From positions 1 through 17,128 of the forward strand of contig CAZVGK010000047.1 in assembly GCA_964626665.1 (NCBI GenBank): a DNA stretch of 17,128 nucleotides. The letters are read 5' to 3'. The translations under genes and the position numbers were made by a program. The DNA is from an uncultured Gemmatimonadota bacterium (lineage in GTDB: Bacteria > SM23-81 > DAOVCL01). Position 1 is the stretch's first letter; every line of letters begins with the position of its first letter. Shown here in pieces: positions 6,720-14,783 of this stretch. The notes below the pieces were generated by a model. The model made no database searches. It was not told the DNA's origin and was given only the letters and a program-made list of their open reading frames with translations.

Positions 6720-7330
6720 TCATTAAAGCTGCACAGATCGCACGCGAATTGAAAAATCCGACGAATCCAGACGATCCATTAGTCATTACACCAAGGCCGG
6801 ATTTAGAGGAACTCCAGAAGTCAGGCGCTGCTTCTGTGGACATACGGCTGGGTTGCTGGTTCTTGGCGTGCCGACCAAGCAGAACAGGACTTCTTGACGT
6901 ATACGAGAATCAAGCTGATGTGCCAAGCGAGGCTAAGCTGACCAAGTCTTATTACGTGCCGTTTGCGGAAGGATTTGTCCTACACCCTAAAGCTTTCGTG
7001 CTTGGGGTGACGTTAGAATGGATTCGGCTACCGGCTGATCGCTCGGCCATTGTCATTGGACGGTCCTCATGGGGAAGACATGGGCTAATCATCGCGACAG
7101 CCACAGGCGTCCATCCAGGTTTTACTGGGTGCCTCACGCTCGAACTCTCTAACATCGGGGAGATCCCCATTATGATAAAGCCTGGAACCACAATTTGTCA
7201 GATATTCATCCACGAAGTGGCAGGTGGAGATCCCAAACTCGTTGATCGAAGTTCCTTTGTTGGCAGAAGGAAACCCACGCTTGGGGCAATTGAACTGGAT
7301 GAAACAGCTAAACGGTTGGCAAAAGGATGA
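6716..7330 (+). CDS. dcd: dCTP deaminase (trimeric dUTPase superfamily), variant
   Basis: Motifs ASVDIRLG, FVLHPKAFVLGVTLEWIRLP, GRSSWGRHGL, PGFTGCLTLELSN and PGTTICQI. ATGA overlap with the upstream gene. Confidence 0.9.
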   Translation: MIIKAAQIARELKNPTNPDDPLVITPRPDLEELQKSGAASVDIRLGCWFLACRPSRTGLLDVYENQADVPSEAKLTKSYYVPFAEGFVLHPKAFVLGVTLEWIRLPADRSAIVIGRSSWGRHGLIIATATGVHPGFTGCLTLELSNIGEIPIMIKPGTTICQIFIHEVAGGDPKLVDRSSFVGRRKPTLGAIELDETAKRLAKG

Positions 7331-7403
7331 CCCGTTGCGCTATTGGTAAGGCAAGAGGGACGCTGGTAAGAAAGTAAGTTGAGATGAGAAGAACGCCATA
7401 AGT

Positions 7404-7651
7404 GGGTCAGGTCTTGCTTTTTGCCATCCTTGAGGCTAACCTGCTTACCCTTGAGTAGTGAATCCTCAAAAGTTCCCCGACTTCCCTAAGTTTCTCCAGC
7501 AAATCCCGGAGGAGGGTTTTGTAACGGCCCCGAAAGAGATGTCTTGCCTTACCGTGCCGCAGATTGAACCTCTGGGTGTAACCCCTAAGGAATAGGTTTG
7601 GAGTGCTGTGACTCCTGTCACAGCATGCGTCAACAGGAGTTGACGCACTCC
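7404..7651. mobile_element. Second, incomplete copy of element B (left TIR plus REP doublet, no right TIR)
   Basis: gggtcaggtcttgctttttgccatccttgaggcta matches 2706-2740. Identical REP doublet at 7600-7651. Longer internal segment than the first copy. Confidence 0.75.
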
Positions 7652-7670
7652 ATATAATTTGATGGGACCC

Positions 7671-8513
7671 TCACTTTCCTACCAATCCCCTGATCACCTC
7701 CATATTCCTCAGGTCGTCCTGATCTGACTTGCGGGGGGTCTCCATTATCCCCGGGAGGTCCTTAAGTTTTGGATGGTTTACTATCCTTCTAAACCCCTCC
7801 AGTCCAATATATCCCTCCCCGATATGCCAATGTCTGTCTGACCGGGAGCCACAAGGAGTCTTGGAGTCATTGAGGTGAAGGAGGTAAAGCTTTTGCCTGC
7901 CAATCAATTGGTCAAGCTCCTGCAAGGCCTTTTCCAACCCTTGAGGGGAGGAAAGGTCATATCCAGCCTCAAACAGGTGGGCGGTATCTAAGCAGATCCC
8001 TATCCTCTGGCTTTGGAGGATCCCCGCAAAGATGAGCTGAAATGATTCGAACCTATCGCCGAGCTCGGTTCCTGCCCCTGCCGTGTTCTCCAGCAGGAGG
8101 ATGACCCCATTTTCCACCAATTGGAAGGTCTCATTGATCCCCTGAGCAATCCTCTCTATGGCCCGCTTTCTATCCCTTCCCAGGCTGCTGCCCACATGCA
8201 TGACCAGATACTTAGCACCAACGAGATCGGCCCGGCGCAGGTCCGCGCAGAGGGAATCCAACGAGCGGCGGTAGGATTCTGGTTGAGGATTGGCTAAGTT
8301 GGGAAGATAGGGCATATGCACCACCACGGGCTCTATCCCCTCCTGGGAGATTCCGGCGCGGAACCCCTCCACCTCCTCCGGGGGCAGGGGAGAGTATTTC
8401 CATCCCCGGGGATTGCGGGAGAATATCTGGATGGCCTCACAGCCCTTGGCCTTGGCCCTGGGGGGCACCTTGGAGAGGCCACCAGCGATGGAGATGTGAA
8501 AGCCAAATCTCAT
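7671..8513 (-). CDS. nfo: Endonuclease IV (AP endonuclease 2)
   Basis: GFHISIAGG, QIFSRNPR, VHMPYLPNL, HVGS, LENTAG, CLDTAHLF, HLNDSK, DRHWHIGEG and METP zinc-ligand motifs. Confidence 0.96.
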   Translation of the reverse strand: MRFGFHISIAGGLSKVPPRAKAKGCEAIQIFSRNPRGWKYSPLPPEEVEGFRAGISQEGIEPVVVHMPYLPNLANPQPESYRRSLDSLCADLRRADLVGAKYLVMHVGSSLGRDRKRAIERIAQGINETFQLVENGVILLLENTAGAGTELGDRFESFQLIFAGILQSQRIGICLDTAHLFEAGYDLSSPQGLEKALQELDQLIGRQKLYLLHLNDSKTPCGSRSDRHWHIGEGYIGLEGFRRIVNHPKLKDLPGIMETPRKSDQDDLRNMEVIRGLVGK

Positions 8514-9262
8514 CCTTCCTCCTTTTTACGGACGATAACAGAGACTAAGATGCTCAACTCATATAAGAAGACCATCGGGATGGCCAAAGCCACCTGGGTG
8601 AAGACATCAGGGGGGGTCAAGAAGGCGGCCAGGACAAAGATGAGGACAAGGGCATACCTGCGTTTTTCCCGCAGAAAACGTGGAGATATTATCCCCAACT
8701 TGGTGAGGAAAAGGGAGAAGATGGGGAGCTGAAAGACCGCTCCGAAGGCCAGGATAAGCTTGGAGACAAAACCAATATATTTCCCCACATCCAACTGAGG
8801 CACTATCTGCGGGGTTCTTAATCCGAGAAGGAACCTCAACCCATTAGGAAGGATGATCAGATAGGAAAAGGCCGCTCCCAAGAGGAAGAAGCCGGTGGAG
8901 AAAAGGGCCAGCCCTCCGATATACCTCTTCTCCCTGGCCAAGAGGCCAGGGGCCACAAAGGCCCAAACCTGATAAAAGATGATGGGGAGAGCAAGGAAAA
9001 CGCCGGAGGCAATCGCCAACCAGATGCGCACGATGAACATCCCAGTGGGGGAGAGGAAAATTATCTTGGGGGGGTGGGGCAGGCTGACCACTGGATGGGT
9101 AAGCAGATTTAAGATCTTCTCAGAAAAGAGGAGGGAGATTAATCCTAAAATGATGATTGCGGCCAAACACTTGATGATCCGCCATCTCAGCTCCTCCAAG
9201 TGGTCTAGGAAGGGCATCTCCTTGGTCCCACCCTTGCCCTCGTAGAATGGCCAGAGGCCCAT
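8510..9262 (-). CDS. tatC: Twin-arginine translocase subunit TatC
   Basis: MPFLDHLEELRWR, YQVWAFVAPGL..REK, FQLP, AAFLTPPD and LYELSI motifs, with multiple TM segments. The start may be ATG 9217. Confidence 0.96.
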   Translation of the reverse strand: MGLWPFYEGKGGTKEMPFLDHLEELRWRIIKCLAAIIILGLISLLFSEKILNLLTHPVVSLPHPPKIIFLSPTGMFIVRIWLAIASGVFLALPIIFYQVWAFVAPGLLAREKRYIGGLALFSTGFFLLGAAFSYLIILPNGLRFLLGLRTPQIVPQLDVGKYIGFVSKLILAFGAVFQLPIFSLFLTKLGIISPRFLREKRRYALVLIFVLAAFLTPPDVFTQVALAIPMVFLYELSILVSVIVRKKEEG

Positions 9263-9266
9263 AACT

Positions 9267-9441
9267 TAGCGAAACTGCGAATGTAAAATGAAGAATATAG
9301 AATTAAGAATGAAAAAACCTGAAGCCAAGGGGCCTGGGACTAAGCTCATTGTCCACCTCTTTCTTCCTGTCTCTAAAACTTGACATAAATTTTGAGCTCT
9401 TGCCTTATGAGGCCAGATAGCGAAACTGCGAATGTAAAATG
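9267..9441. repeat. 24-bp direct repeat pair followed by degenerate heptamer runs
   Basis: tagcgaaactgcgaatgtaaaatg at 9267-9290 and 9418-9441. Heptamers gaatgta aaatgaa gaatata gaattaa gaatgaa. Confidence 0.85.
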
Positions 9442-9534
9442 TAGGATTAAAAATGAGAAAAGCCATTGGCCATGGGAGGACCGGGTAATAGATTCTGTGC
9501 CTCATCCTTAGCGAAGCCCGATGGTCTCATTATC

Positions 9535-10551
9535 TCAGGCCGCTCCCCTCTTCTTCTCCACCCAACCCAAGGCTCCCACCATATCAATCGCCTTTACCGG
9601 ACACCGCTCAAAGCAGAGGCCACAGCCAATACACTTCTCCATATCCACCTGGTGCCTCTGGTCCTTCTCCCCGGAGATGGCCTTGGTCGGGCAGACCTCC
9701 TTGCAGATCTCACACCCTGTACACCCCGTGCCGATCGACGCCTTTGGCCTGGCTTTCACCTTGTCCACAATGGCCTTGGTGGGGCAGACCCAGACACAGA
9801 TGCCACAATTGGTGCATTTGTCATAGTCGAACCAGGGGTAGTTGTCCTTGATGGTAATTGCCTCCTGGGGACATTTCTTGGCACAGAGGCCACACCCTAT
9901 ACAGCCCACAGAGCAAGCCTTCTTCACCACAGCCGCCCTGTCCTTAGACATACAACCCACGAAGACCTGCTGAGAAACGGGCAGGAGGGTGATTATCCCC
10001 CGGGGACAGGCCTGCACACAGAAGCCACAGCCCGTGCACCGCGCATCGTCAACCACGGGGATCCCCCCCTCCCCCATCCTGATGGCCTCAAAGGGACAGG
10101 CCCGCACGCAATCCCCAAACCCCAAACAGCCATACCTACAGGCCTTGGGGCCACCGGAGATGAGGGTAGCCGCCCCACAGCTCTCCAGGCCCTGATAGAT
10201 ATACTTTCCGCGGGCCTGATCTCTCCCCCCCTGGCACTGGACAAAGGCTATCCTCTTGATCCCCTCGCCCACCTCCCTACCCATTATCTCGCCTATCTTC
10301 TGGGCCACCCCCGCCCCCCCAGCCACACAGCCATCGACTGGCGCCTTTTCCGCTACCACCGCCTCAGCAAAGCCTAAGCAGCCAGGATAACCACAGGCCC
10401 CACAGTTGGCCCCCGGCAGAACCTCCAGGACCTTCTCCACCCGGGGGTCAACCTTAACCGCAAACCTCTTGGCGGCTAAGGCCAGGCCTACGCCAAAGAT
10501 CAGGCCCAACCCGCCTATGCTTAATATGGGAATAAGTATCTCCGAGCTCAT
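9535..10551 (-). CDS. rnfB: Rnf complex subunit B (long, polyferredoxin type)
   Basis: N-terminal TM helix, LPGANCGACGYPGC, ACRYGCLGFGDC and five canonical CxxCxxCxxxCP motifs. Confidence 0.95.
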   Translation of the reverse strand: MSSEILIPILSIGGLGLIFGVGLALAAKRFAVKVDPRVEKVLEVLPGANCGACGYPGCLGFAEAVVAEKAPVDGCVAGGAGVAQKIGEIMGREVGEGIKRIAFVQCQGGRDQARGKYIYQGLESCGAATLISGGPKACRYGCLGFGDCVRACPFEAIRMGEGGIPVVDDARCTGCGFCVQACPRGIITLLPVSQQVFVGCMSKDRAAVVKKACSVGCIGCGLCAKKCPQEAITIKDNYPWFDYDKCTNCGICVWVCPTKAIVDKVKARPKASIGTGCTGCEICKEVCPTKAISGEKDQRHQVDMEKCIGCGLCFERCPVKAIDMVGALGWVEKKRGAA

Positions 10552-11157
10552 CTATTCGGTTACCAGACCGGAAAAGCCCAAGAAGGCTATGGACATAATC
10601 CCAGCTACGATGAAGGCTATGGGTATCCCCTGCAACGGCTTGGGGATATCGGCCAGGTCGAGCTTCTCCCTAATCCCCGCCATCAGAACCAAGGCCAGGG
10701 TAAAACCAACGCCGGCGGTGAACCCCTGCACCACGCTCTCCACAAAGCCAAACCTCTTGTCTATGTTCAGCACGGTCACCCCTAAGACGGCACAGTTTGT
10801 GGTGATCAGGGGGAGATATATCCCTAAAGAGCGATAGAGGGTAGGGACGAGCTTCTGCAGCACCATCTCCACCAATTGAACCAAGGCAGCAATCACCAGG
10901 ATGAAGGAGATTGTGCGCAGATAGGTAAGGTCGACCTTCCAGATGGAGGTGGCCGGGGCCAACAAATAGGTGTAGATGATCCAGGTGGAAAGCGAGGCCA
11001 TAGTCATCACAAAGATCACCGCCATTCCCATTCCGATGGCCGAATCGAGCTGTTTGGAGACCCCAATATAGGGGCAGAGGCCTAAAAAGCGGGAGAGAAC
11101 GAAGTTGTTCACCAGGATGGAGGCCACGGCAATGATCAGCAGGTGTCCGATATCCAT
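10552..11157 (-). CDS. rnfA: Rnf complex subunit A
   Basis: [18 protein letters not shown] and [16 protein letters not shown]. Confidence 0.96.
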   Translation of the reverse strand: MDIGHLLIIAVASILVNNFVLSRFLGLCPYIGVSKQLDSAIGMGMAVIFVMTMASLSTWIIYTYLLAPATSIWKVDLTYLRTISFILVIAALVQLVEMVLQKLVPTLYRSLGIYLPLITTNCAVLGVTVLNIDKRFGFVESVVQGFTAGVGFTLALVLMAGIREKLDLADIPKPLQGIPIAFIVAGIMSIAFLGFSGLVTE

Positions 11158-11158
11158 C

Positions 11159-11758
11159 TTAACCCCTCTTTCTCCTCTCTTCCATAAAGTTGAAGAGTCC
11201 CATCAAAAGGCCAATGGTGAGGAAGGCGCCTGGAGGAAGGATGAAGAGGAGGGCCGGGTTATACCCCGAACCAAGGATGATGTGCCCAAATATCTTCCCC
11301 GCACCCAATAGCTCCCTAATCGTCCCAATAATCAGCAAGGCCAGGGTGAAACCTGCCCCCATCCCCAACCCATCGAGCAGGGAGAGGCCCACCCCATTCC
11401 TGCTGGCAAAGGCCTCTGCCCTTCCCAAAATGATGCAGTTGACCACAATCAAAGGGACGAATATGCCCAAGCTCTTATACAACTGAGGGGAGTAAGCCTG
11501 CATAACCATCTCTACCAGGGAGACAAAGGTGGCGATCACCACGATAAAGCAAGGAATCCTAATTCTTTTGGGGATGAATTTGCGCACCAGGGAGATGATG
11601 AAGTTTGAACCCACCAGGACGAAGGTGGCTGCCAATCCCATTCCCAGTCCATTGGCTGCCGATGAGGTCACTGCCAGGGTGGGGCAGAGGCCCAGGGCCA
11701 ACCGGAAGATGGGGTTCTCCTGGTAGAGCCCCTTAAAGAACTCCTTCCCTACCCTCAT
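11159..11758 (-). CDS. rnfE: Rnf complex subunit E
   Basis: [35 protein letters not shown] and LPPGAF. Confidence 0.96.
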   Translation of the reverse strand: MRVGKEFFKGLYQENPIFRLALGLCPTLAVTSSAANGLGMGLAATFVLVGSNFIISLVRKFIPKRIRIPCFIVVIATFVSLVEMVMQAYSPQLYKSLGIFVPLIVVNCIILGRAEAFASRNGVGLSLLDGLGMGAGFTLALLIIGTIRELLGAGKIFGHIILGSGYNPALLFILPPGAFLTIGLLMGLFNFMEERRKRG

Positions 11759-12336
11759 TTTCCCTTGCTTTCTTCGATCAATTTCTTTAAATGCAAGGCC
11801 CCTTCCTTAATGGAGTTGGCCACCACCCGGGAGGAGATAGTGGCACCGGTGATGCTGATTATTTCCCCTCCATCCTCCTTTACCGCTACCTGGCCTGTTT
11901 TTTCCCCTTTAAATTGGCGCTGAAACCAGGGTTCCGTCTCCCCTGGCTTTGCCTCCACAATCCGGGAGCCGAGGCCCGGGGTCTCCTTCTGGGAGAGCAC
12001 CCTTATCCCAGTGATCACCCCAGAGGTATCCACCCCGACCATCGTTTCAATATCACTGGAAAAGCCTGTGCCCTTGGCCAGAAAGGCGTAACCAACCAGA
12101 TGGGTAGTGTCCTTGTGGGCATAGCCAAGATAATAGCAGACCTTGCCCTTTAGGGAATGGGGGATGATTACCCCATCCTTAGCCTGGGGCAGGACCCAGC
12201 TCAAGGCTTCCTCCTGCTTAGACCTCTTTTGCTCCTCTATTTTCGGTTTGGTTAGGGAATCCACATAGGCCAAAAGGCCAGCCGCTACTCCGGTAATTAA
12301 GAGGAGGAGACCACCAAATTTGATTACCTCTTTCAT
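11755..12336 (-). CDS. rnfG: Rnf complex subunit G
   Basis: N-terminal TM helix, ETPGLG and FMN-attachment motif ITGATISS. Confidence 0.95.
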   Translation of the reverse strand: MKEVIKFGGLLLLITGVAAGLLAYVDSLTKPKIEEQKRSKQEEALSWVLPQAKDGVIIPHSLKGKVCYYLGYAHKDTTHLVGYAFLAKGTGFSSDIETMVGVDTSGVITGIRVLSQKETPGLGSRIVEAKPGETEPWFQRQFKGEKTGQVAVKEDGGEIISITGATISSRVVANSIKEGALHLKKLIEESKGK

Positions 12337-13364
12337 CCTCTCATTTCCCCCAACCTTCTGGGCTTGGTGTATCTGTCTAAAAGGGGAACGACCAGATTCA
12401 TCAAGAGAATGGAGTAGGAGACCCCCTCGGGATATCCGCCTACTAGCCTGATGAGGATGGTGATCAATCCACAGCCAAATCCGAATAGAAGTTTCCCCTT
12501 GGGGGTAACCGGAGAGGTGACCATATCGGTGGCCATAAAGAAGGCACCCAAGGCCAATCCACCGGCCAGGATGTGGAAGAGGGGATCACCAGTAAAGAGA
12601 CCCTGGGATCCTCCAAATATCCAGGCCCCCAGGGCCACTGTGCCGATGAAGGAGAAGGGGATCCTCCAGCCGATATAGCCTTTGATAAAGAGAAGAAACG
12701 CCCCCACAAAGAGGAGGAAGAAGGAGATCTCCCCCAAGGAGCCGCTCACATTGCCACAGAAGAGGTTTCTGTAGGCATGAGGTAGAGAGGCCAGGGTGGC
12801 CTTGGCCTGCGCCAACTGCTCTGGTGATACCCCTTGATGGGCGGAGAGATAGTCCCTGGCCAACTGGTAGACCTTTAAGGGGGTAGCCCTGGTTACCGTG
12901 TCTATTCCGTTCATCGTCCCATACCTGGTGGGGATCCAATCCGTGGTCATATGCACCGGCCAGGAGGCCATCAGGAAAGCCCTCCCCAAAAGGGCGGGGT
13001 TTAAGGGGTTAAATCCCAGCCCCCCAAAGACCTGTTTGCCGATAGCAATGGCAATCACCGACCCCACAGCCGGCATCCAGAGGGGAACACCGGCGGGTAG
13101 GTTAAAGCTTAAGAGTAACCCCGTGATCACCGCAGATCCATCGTAGATAGTCAAGGGCCTCTTCATCAGCTTCTGCAACAGGCCCTCGGTTCCCACCGCG
13201 GCCAGGATGCCCACCACCTCCAACCAAAGGGCCCGCAGCCCGAAAAACCAGAGGGAGCCCAATAGGGCAGGTAGAAGGGCGATGTTCACCGTCCACATTA
13301 TCTTGGAGATGGAGACATCATCCCTGATGTGAGGGGAGGAGGAGAGGATGAGCGGAGAGTCCAT
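12333..13364 (-). CDS. rnfD: Rnf complex subunit D
   Basis: SSSPH, KQVFGGLGFNPLNPALLGR, FMN site TRATPL, GSLGE and FFMATDMVTSP. Confidence 0.96.
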   Translation of the reverse strand: MDSPLILSSSPHIRDDVSISKIMWTVNIALLPALLGSLWFFGLRALWLEVVGILAAVGTEGLLQKLMKRPLTIYDGSAVITGLLLSFNLPAGVPLWMPAVGSVIAIAIGKQVFGGLGFNPLNPALLGRAFLMASWPVHMTTDWIPTRYGTMNGIDTVTRATPLKVYQLARDYLSAHQGVSPEQLAQAKATLASLPHAYRNLFCGNVSGSLGEISFFLLFVGAFLLFIKGYIGWRIPFSFIGTVALGAWIFGGSQGLFTGDPLFHILAGGLALGAFFMATDMVTSPVTPKGKLLFGFGCGLITILIRLVGGYPEGVSYSILLMNLVVPLLDRYTKPRRLGEMRG

Positions 13365-14681
13365 TTAACTCTCCCTCATCTGGGCCAGCTTGGCCTTGGC
13401 ATATTTGAAGAGGTGAACCAGGTTTCTCTTGGCAGGACAGACAAAGGAACAACTGCCACATTCTATACAATCAAATACTCCATACTCCTTGGCCTCGGCG
13501 AACTTCTCCTTTTCCACCAAGTTGCCAATGACATTGGGCATTAGCCCCATAGGGCAAGCGTCAATACACCTCCCGCAATAGATGCAGGGCCGGGGCTTTC
13601 GGTATCTGGCCTCCTTGGGGGACAAGACCAAGACCCCCGATGTCCCCTTGATCACGGGAACTCCATTCGTCTCCACCGCTATGCCCATCATCGGCCCACC
13701 GTTTATCAGCTTGCCCACCTCAGCCATTGTCCCCCCGCACTCCTCAAGGAGTTTGGCAAAAGGGGTTCCCAATCGCGTGCGCAGGTTCTGGGGGTTCTTG
13801 ACTGGGTTACCAGTTACCGTAACTACCCTTTCAATTAAAGGTTTCCCCTTGGCCACAGCCTCATAAACGGCATAGGCCGTCCCCACATTGTGCACCACAC
13901 AACCCACATCCATAGGGAGCCCACCTAAGGGAACCTCTCGTCCAGTAATCGCCTTGATTAATTGTTTCTCCCCCCCCTGGGGATACTTGACCTTCAGGGG
14001 GATAACCTCATAACCATAGGGAGAGGCTAACTTCTGCAGGTTCTTGATGGCCTCCCCTTTGTTCGTCTCAATGCCGATATACCCCTTTTGACAGCCGAGA
14101 ACCTTCATAATTAGCCGCATCCCCTCCAAGATCCCCTCGCCGTTCTCCAACATCAGCCTCTGGTCAGCGGTAAACCAAGGTTCGCATTCGGCCCCGTTGA
14201 GGATGAAGGTATCAATTGGTTTCTCCTGGGGAGGGGAGAGCTTCACATGGGTGGGAAAGGCGGCCCCACCCATCCCGGCAATGCCTGCTTCCTTAATGAT
14301 CTCCCTCAGCTCCTGGGGGGTGAGGCCGCTGTAGTTGGCCCTCTCCTTAACCTCTTCATCCCATTCATCCCCTCCATCCCCTTCTACCTTGATGGCTAAG
14401 CTTAAGCCAAGGGTGGGGTGGGGAAACTCCCCAATCTCTTTAACGGTGCCGGAAATGGAGGAATGGAGAGGAACGGAGACGAACCCCCCCGCCTCAGCAA
14501 TTTTCTGACCGGTCTTCACCCTGTCCTTGGGTTTAACCAACGGTTTGGCTGGAGCGCCAATATGCTGGCTTAAGGGGAGGATAACCTCCTCCGGTAGGGG
14601 CATAGCCGCTATGGGGGATTTGGCGGTAAGCCCCTTTTTTGCTGGGGGGTGAGCCCCCCCTTTGAAGCTTCTCTTCTTCAT
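13365..14681 (-). CDS. rnfC: Rnf complex subunit C
   Basis: FKGGAHP, QHIGAP, GMGGAAFPTHVK, NGAECEP, YPQGGEKQLI, GGPMMG and two 4Fe-4S motifs. Confidence 0.97.
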   Translation of the reverse strand: MKKRSFKGGAHPPAKKGLTAKSPIAAMPLPEEVILPLSQHIGAPAKPLVKPKDRVKTGQKIAEAGGFVSVPLHSSISGTVKEIGEFPHPTLGLSLAIKVEGDGGDEWDEEVKERANYSGLTPQELREIIKEAGIAGMGGAAFPTHVKLSPPQEKPIDTFILNGAECEPWFTADQRLMLENGEGILEGMRLIMKVLGCQKGYIGIETNKGEAIKNLQKLASPYGYEVIPLKVKYPQGGEKQLIKAITGREVPLGGLPMDVGCVVHNVGTAYAVYEAVAKGKPLIERVVTVTGNPVKNPQNLRTRLGTPFAKLLEECGGTMAEVGKLINGGPMMGIAVETNGVPVIKGTSGVLVLSPKEARYRKPRPCIYCGRCIDACPMGLMPNVIGNLVEKEKFAEAKEYGVFDCIECGSCSFVCPAKRNLVHLFKYAKAKLAQMRES

Positions 14682-14692
14682 CTGCAGAGATA

Positions 14693-14722
14693 AACTTAAG
14701 AAAGGCTACGGCTATTTGTCAA
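14693..14722 (-). promoter_or_regulatory. Putative sigma-70 promoter for rnfC
   Basis: Minus strand TTGACA, 18 nt spacer, TAAGTT, ending 11 nt before the rnfC ATG. Confidence 0.5.
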
Positions 14723-14783
14723 GGATTTTTTTGAAGGGCCTTGAAGATAAGTGGGGTAACATTAGGTCTTTATCTGGAAAGGG

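Noticed and set aside
7331-7403. An attC closing the three-gene operon as cassette 2
   Set aside because: No RYYYAAC...GTTRRRY palindrome is visible before element B, so cassette status of the operon is unproven.
7466-7648. 60-aa minus-strand ORF
   Set aside because: Lies wholly within the element-B repeat and starts inside the REP palindrome.
6716-8513. Functional link between dcd (uracil generation) and the convergent nfo (AP-site repair)
   Set aside because: nfo is coupled to tatC in the housekeeping block and separated from dcd by a repeat element at the island edge. The adjacency looks incidental.
9380-9410. TTGACA as an antisense promoter into rnfB
   Set aside because: No acceptable -10 hexamer at 16-18 nt spacing.
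9267-9441. 24-bp direct repeats as a CRISPR array
   Set aside because: Two copies only, separated by 127 bp, far longer than a spacer.
9466-10377. 303-aa plus-strand ORF and other short ORFs overlapping rnf, tatC, nfo and the propeller gene
   Set aside because: Antisense or alternate-frame shadows of well-supported genes, with no recognisable motifs.
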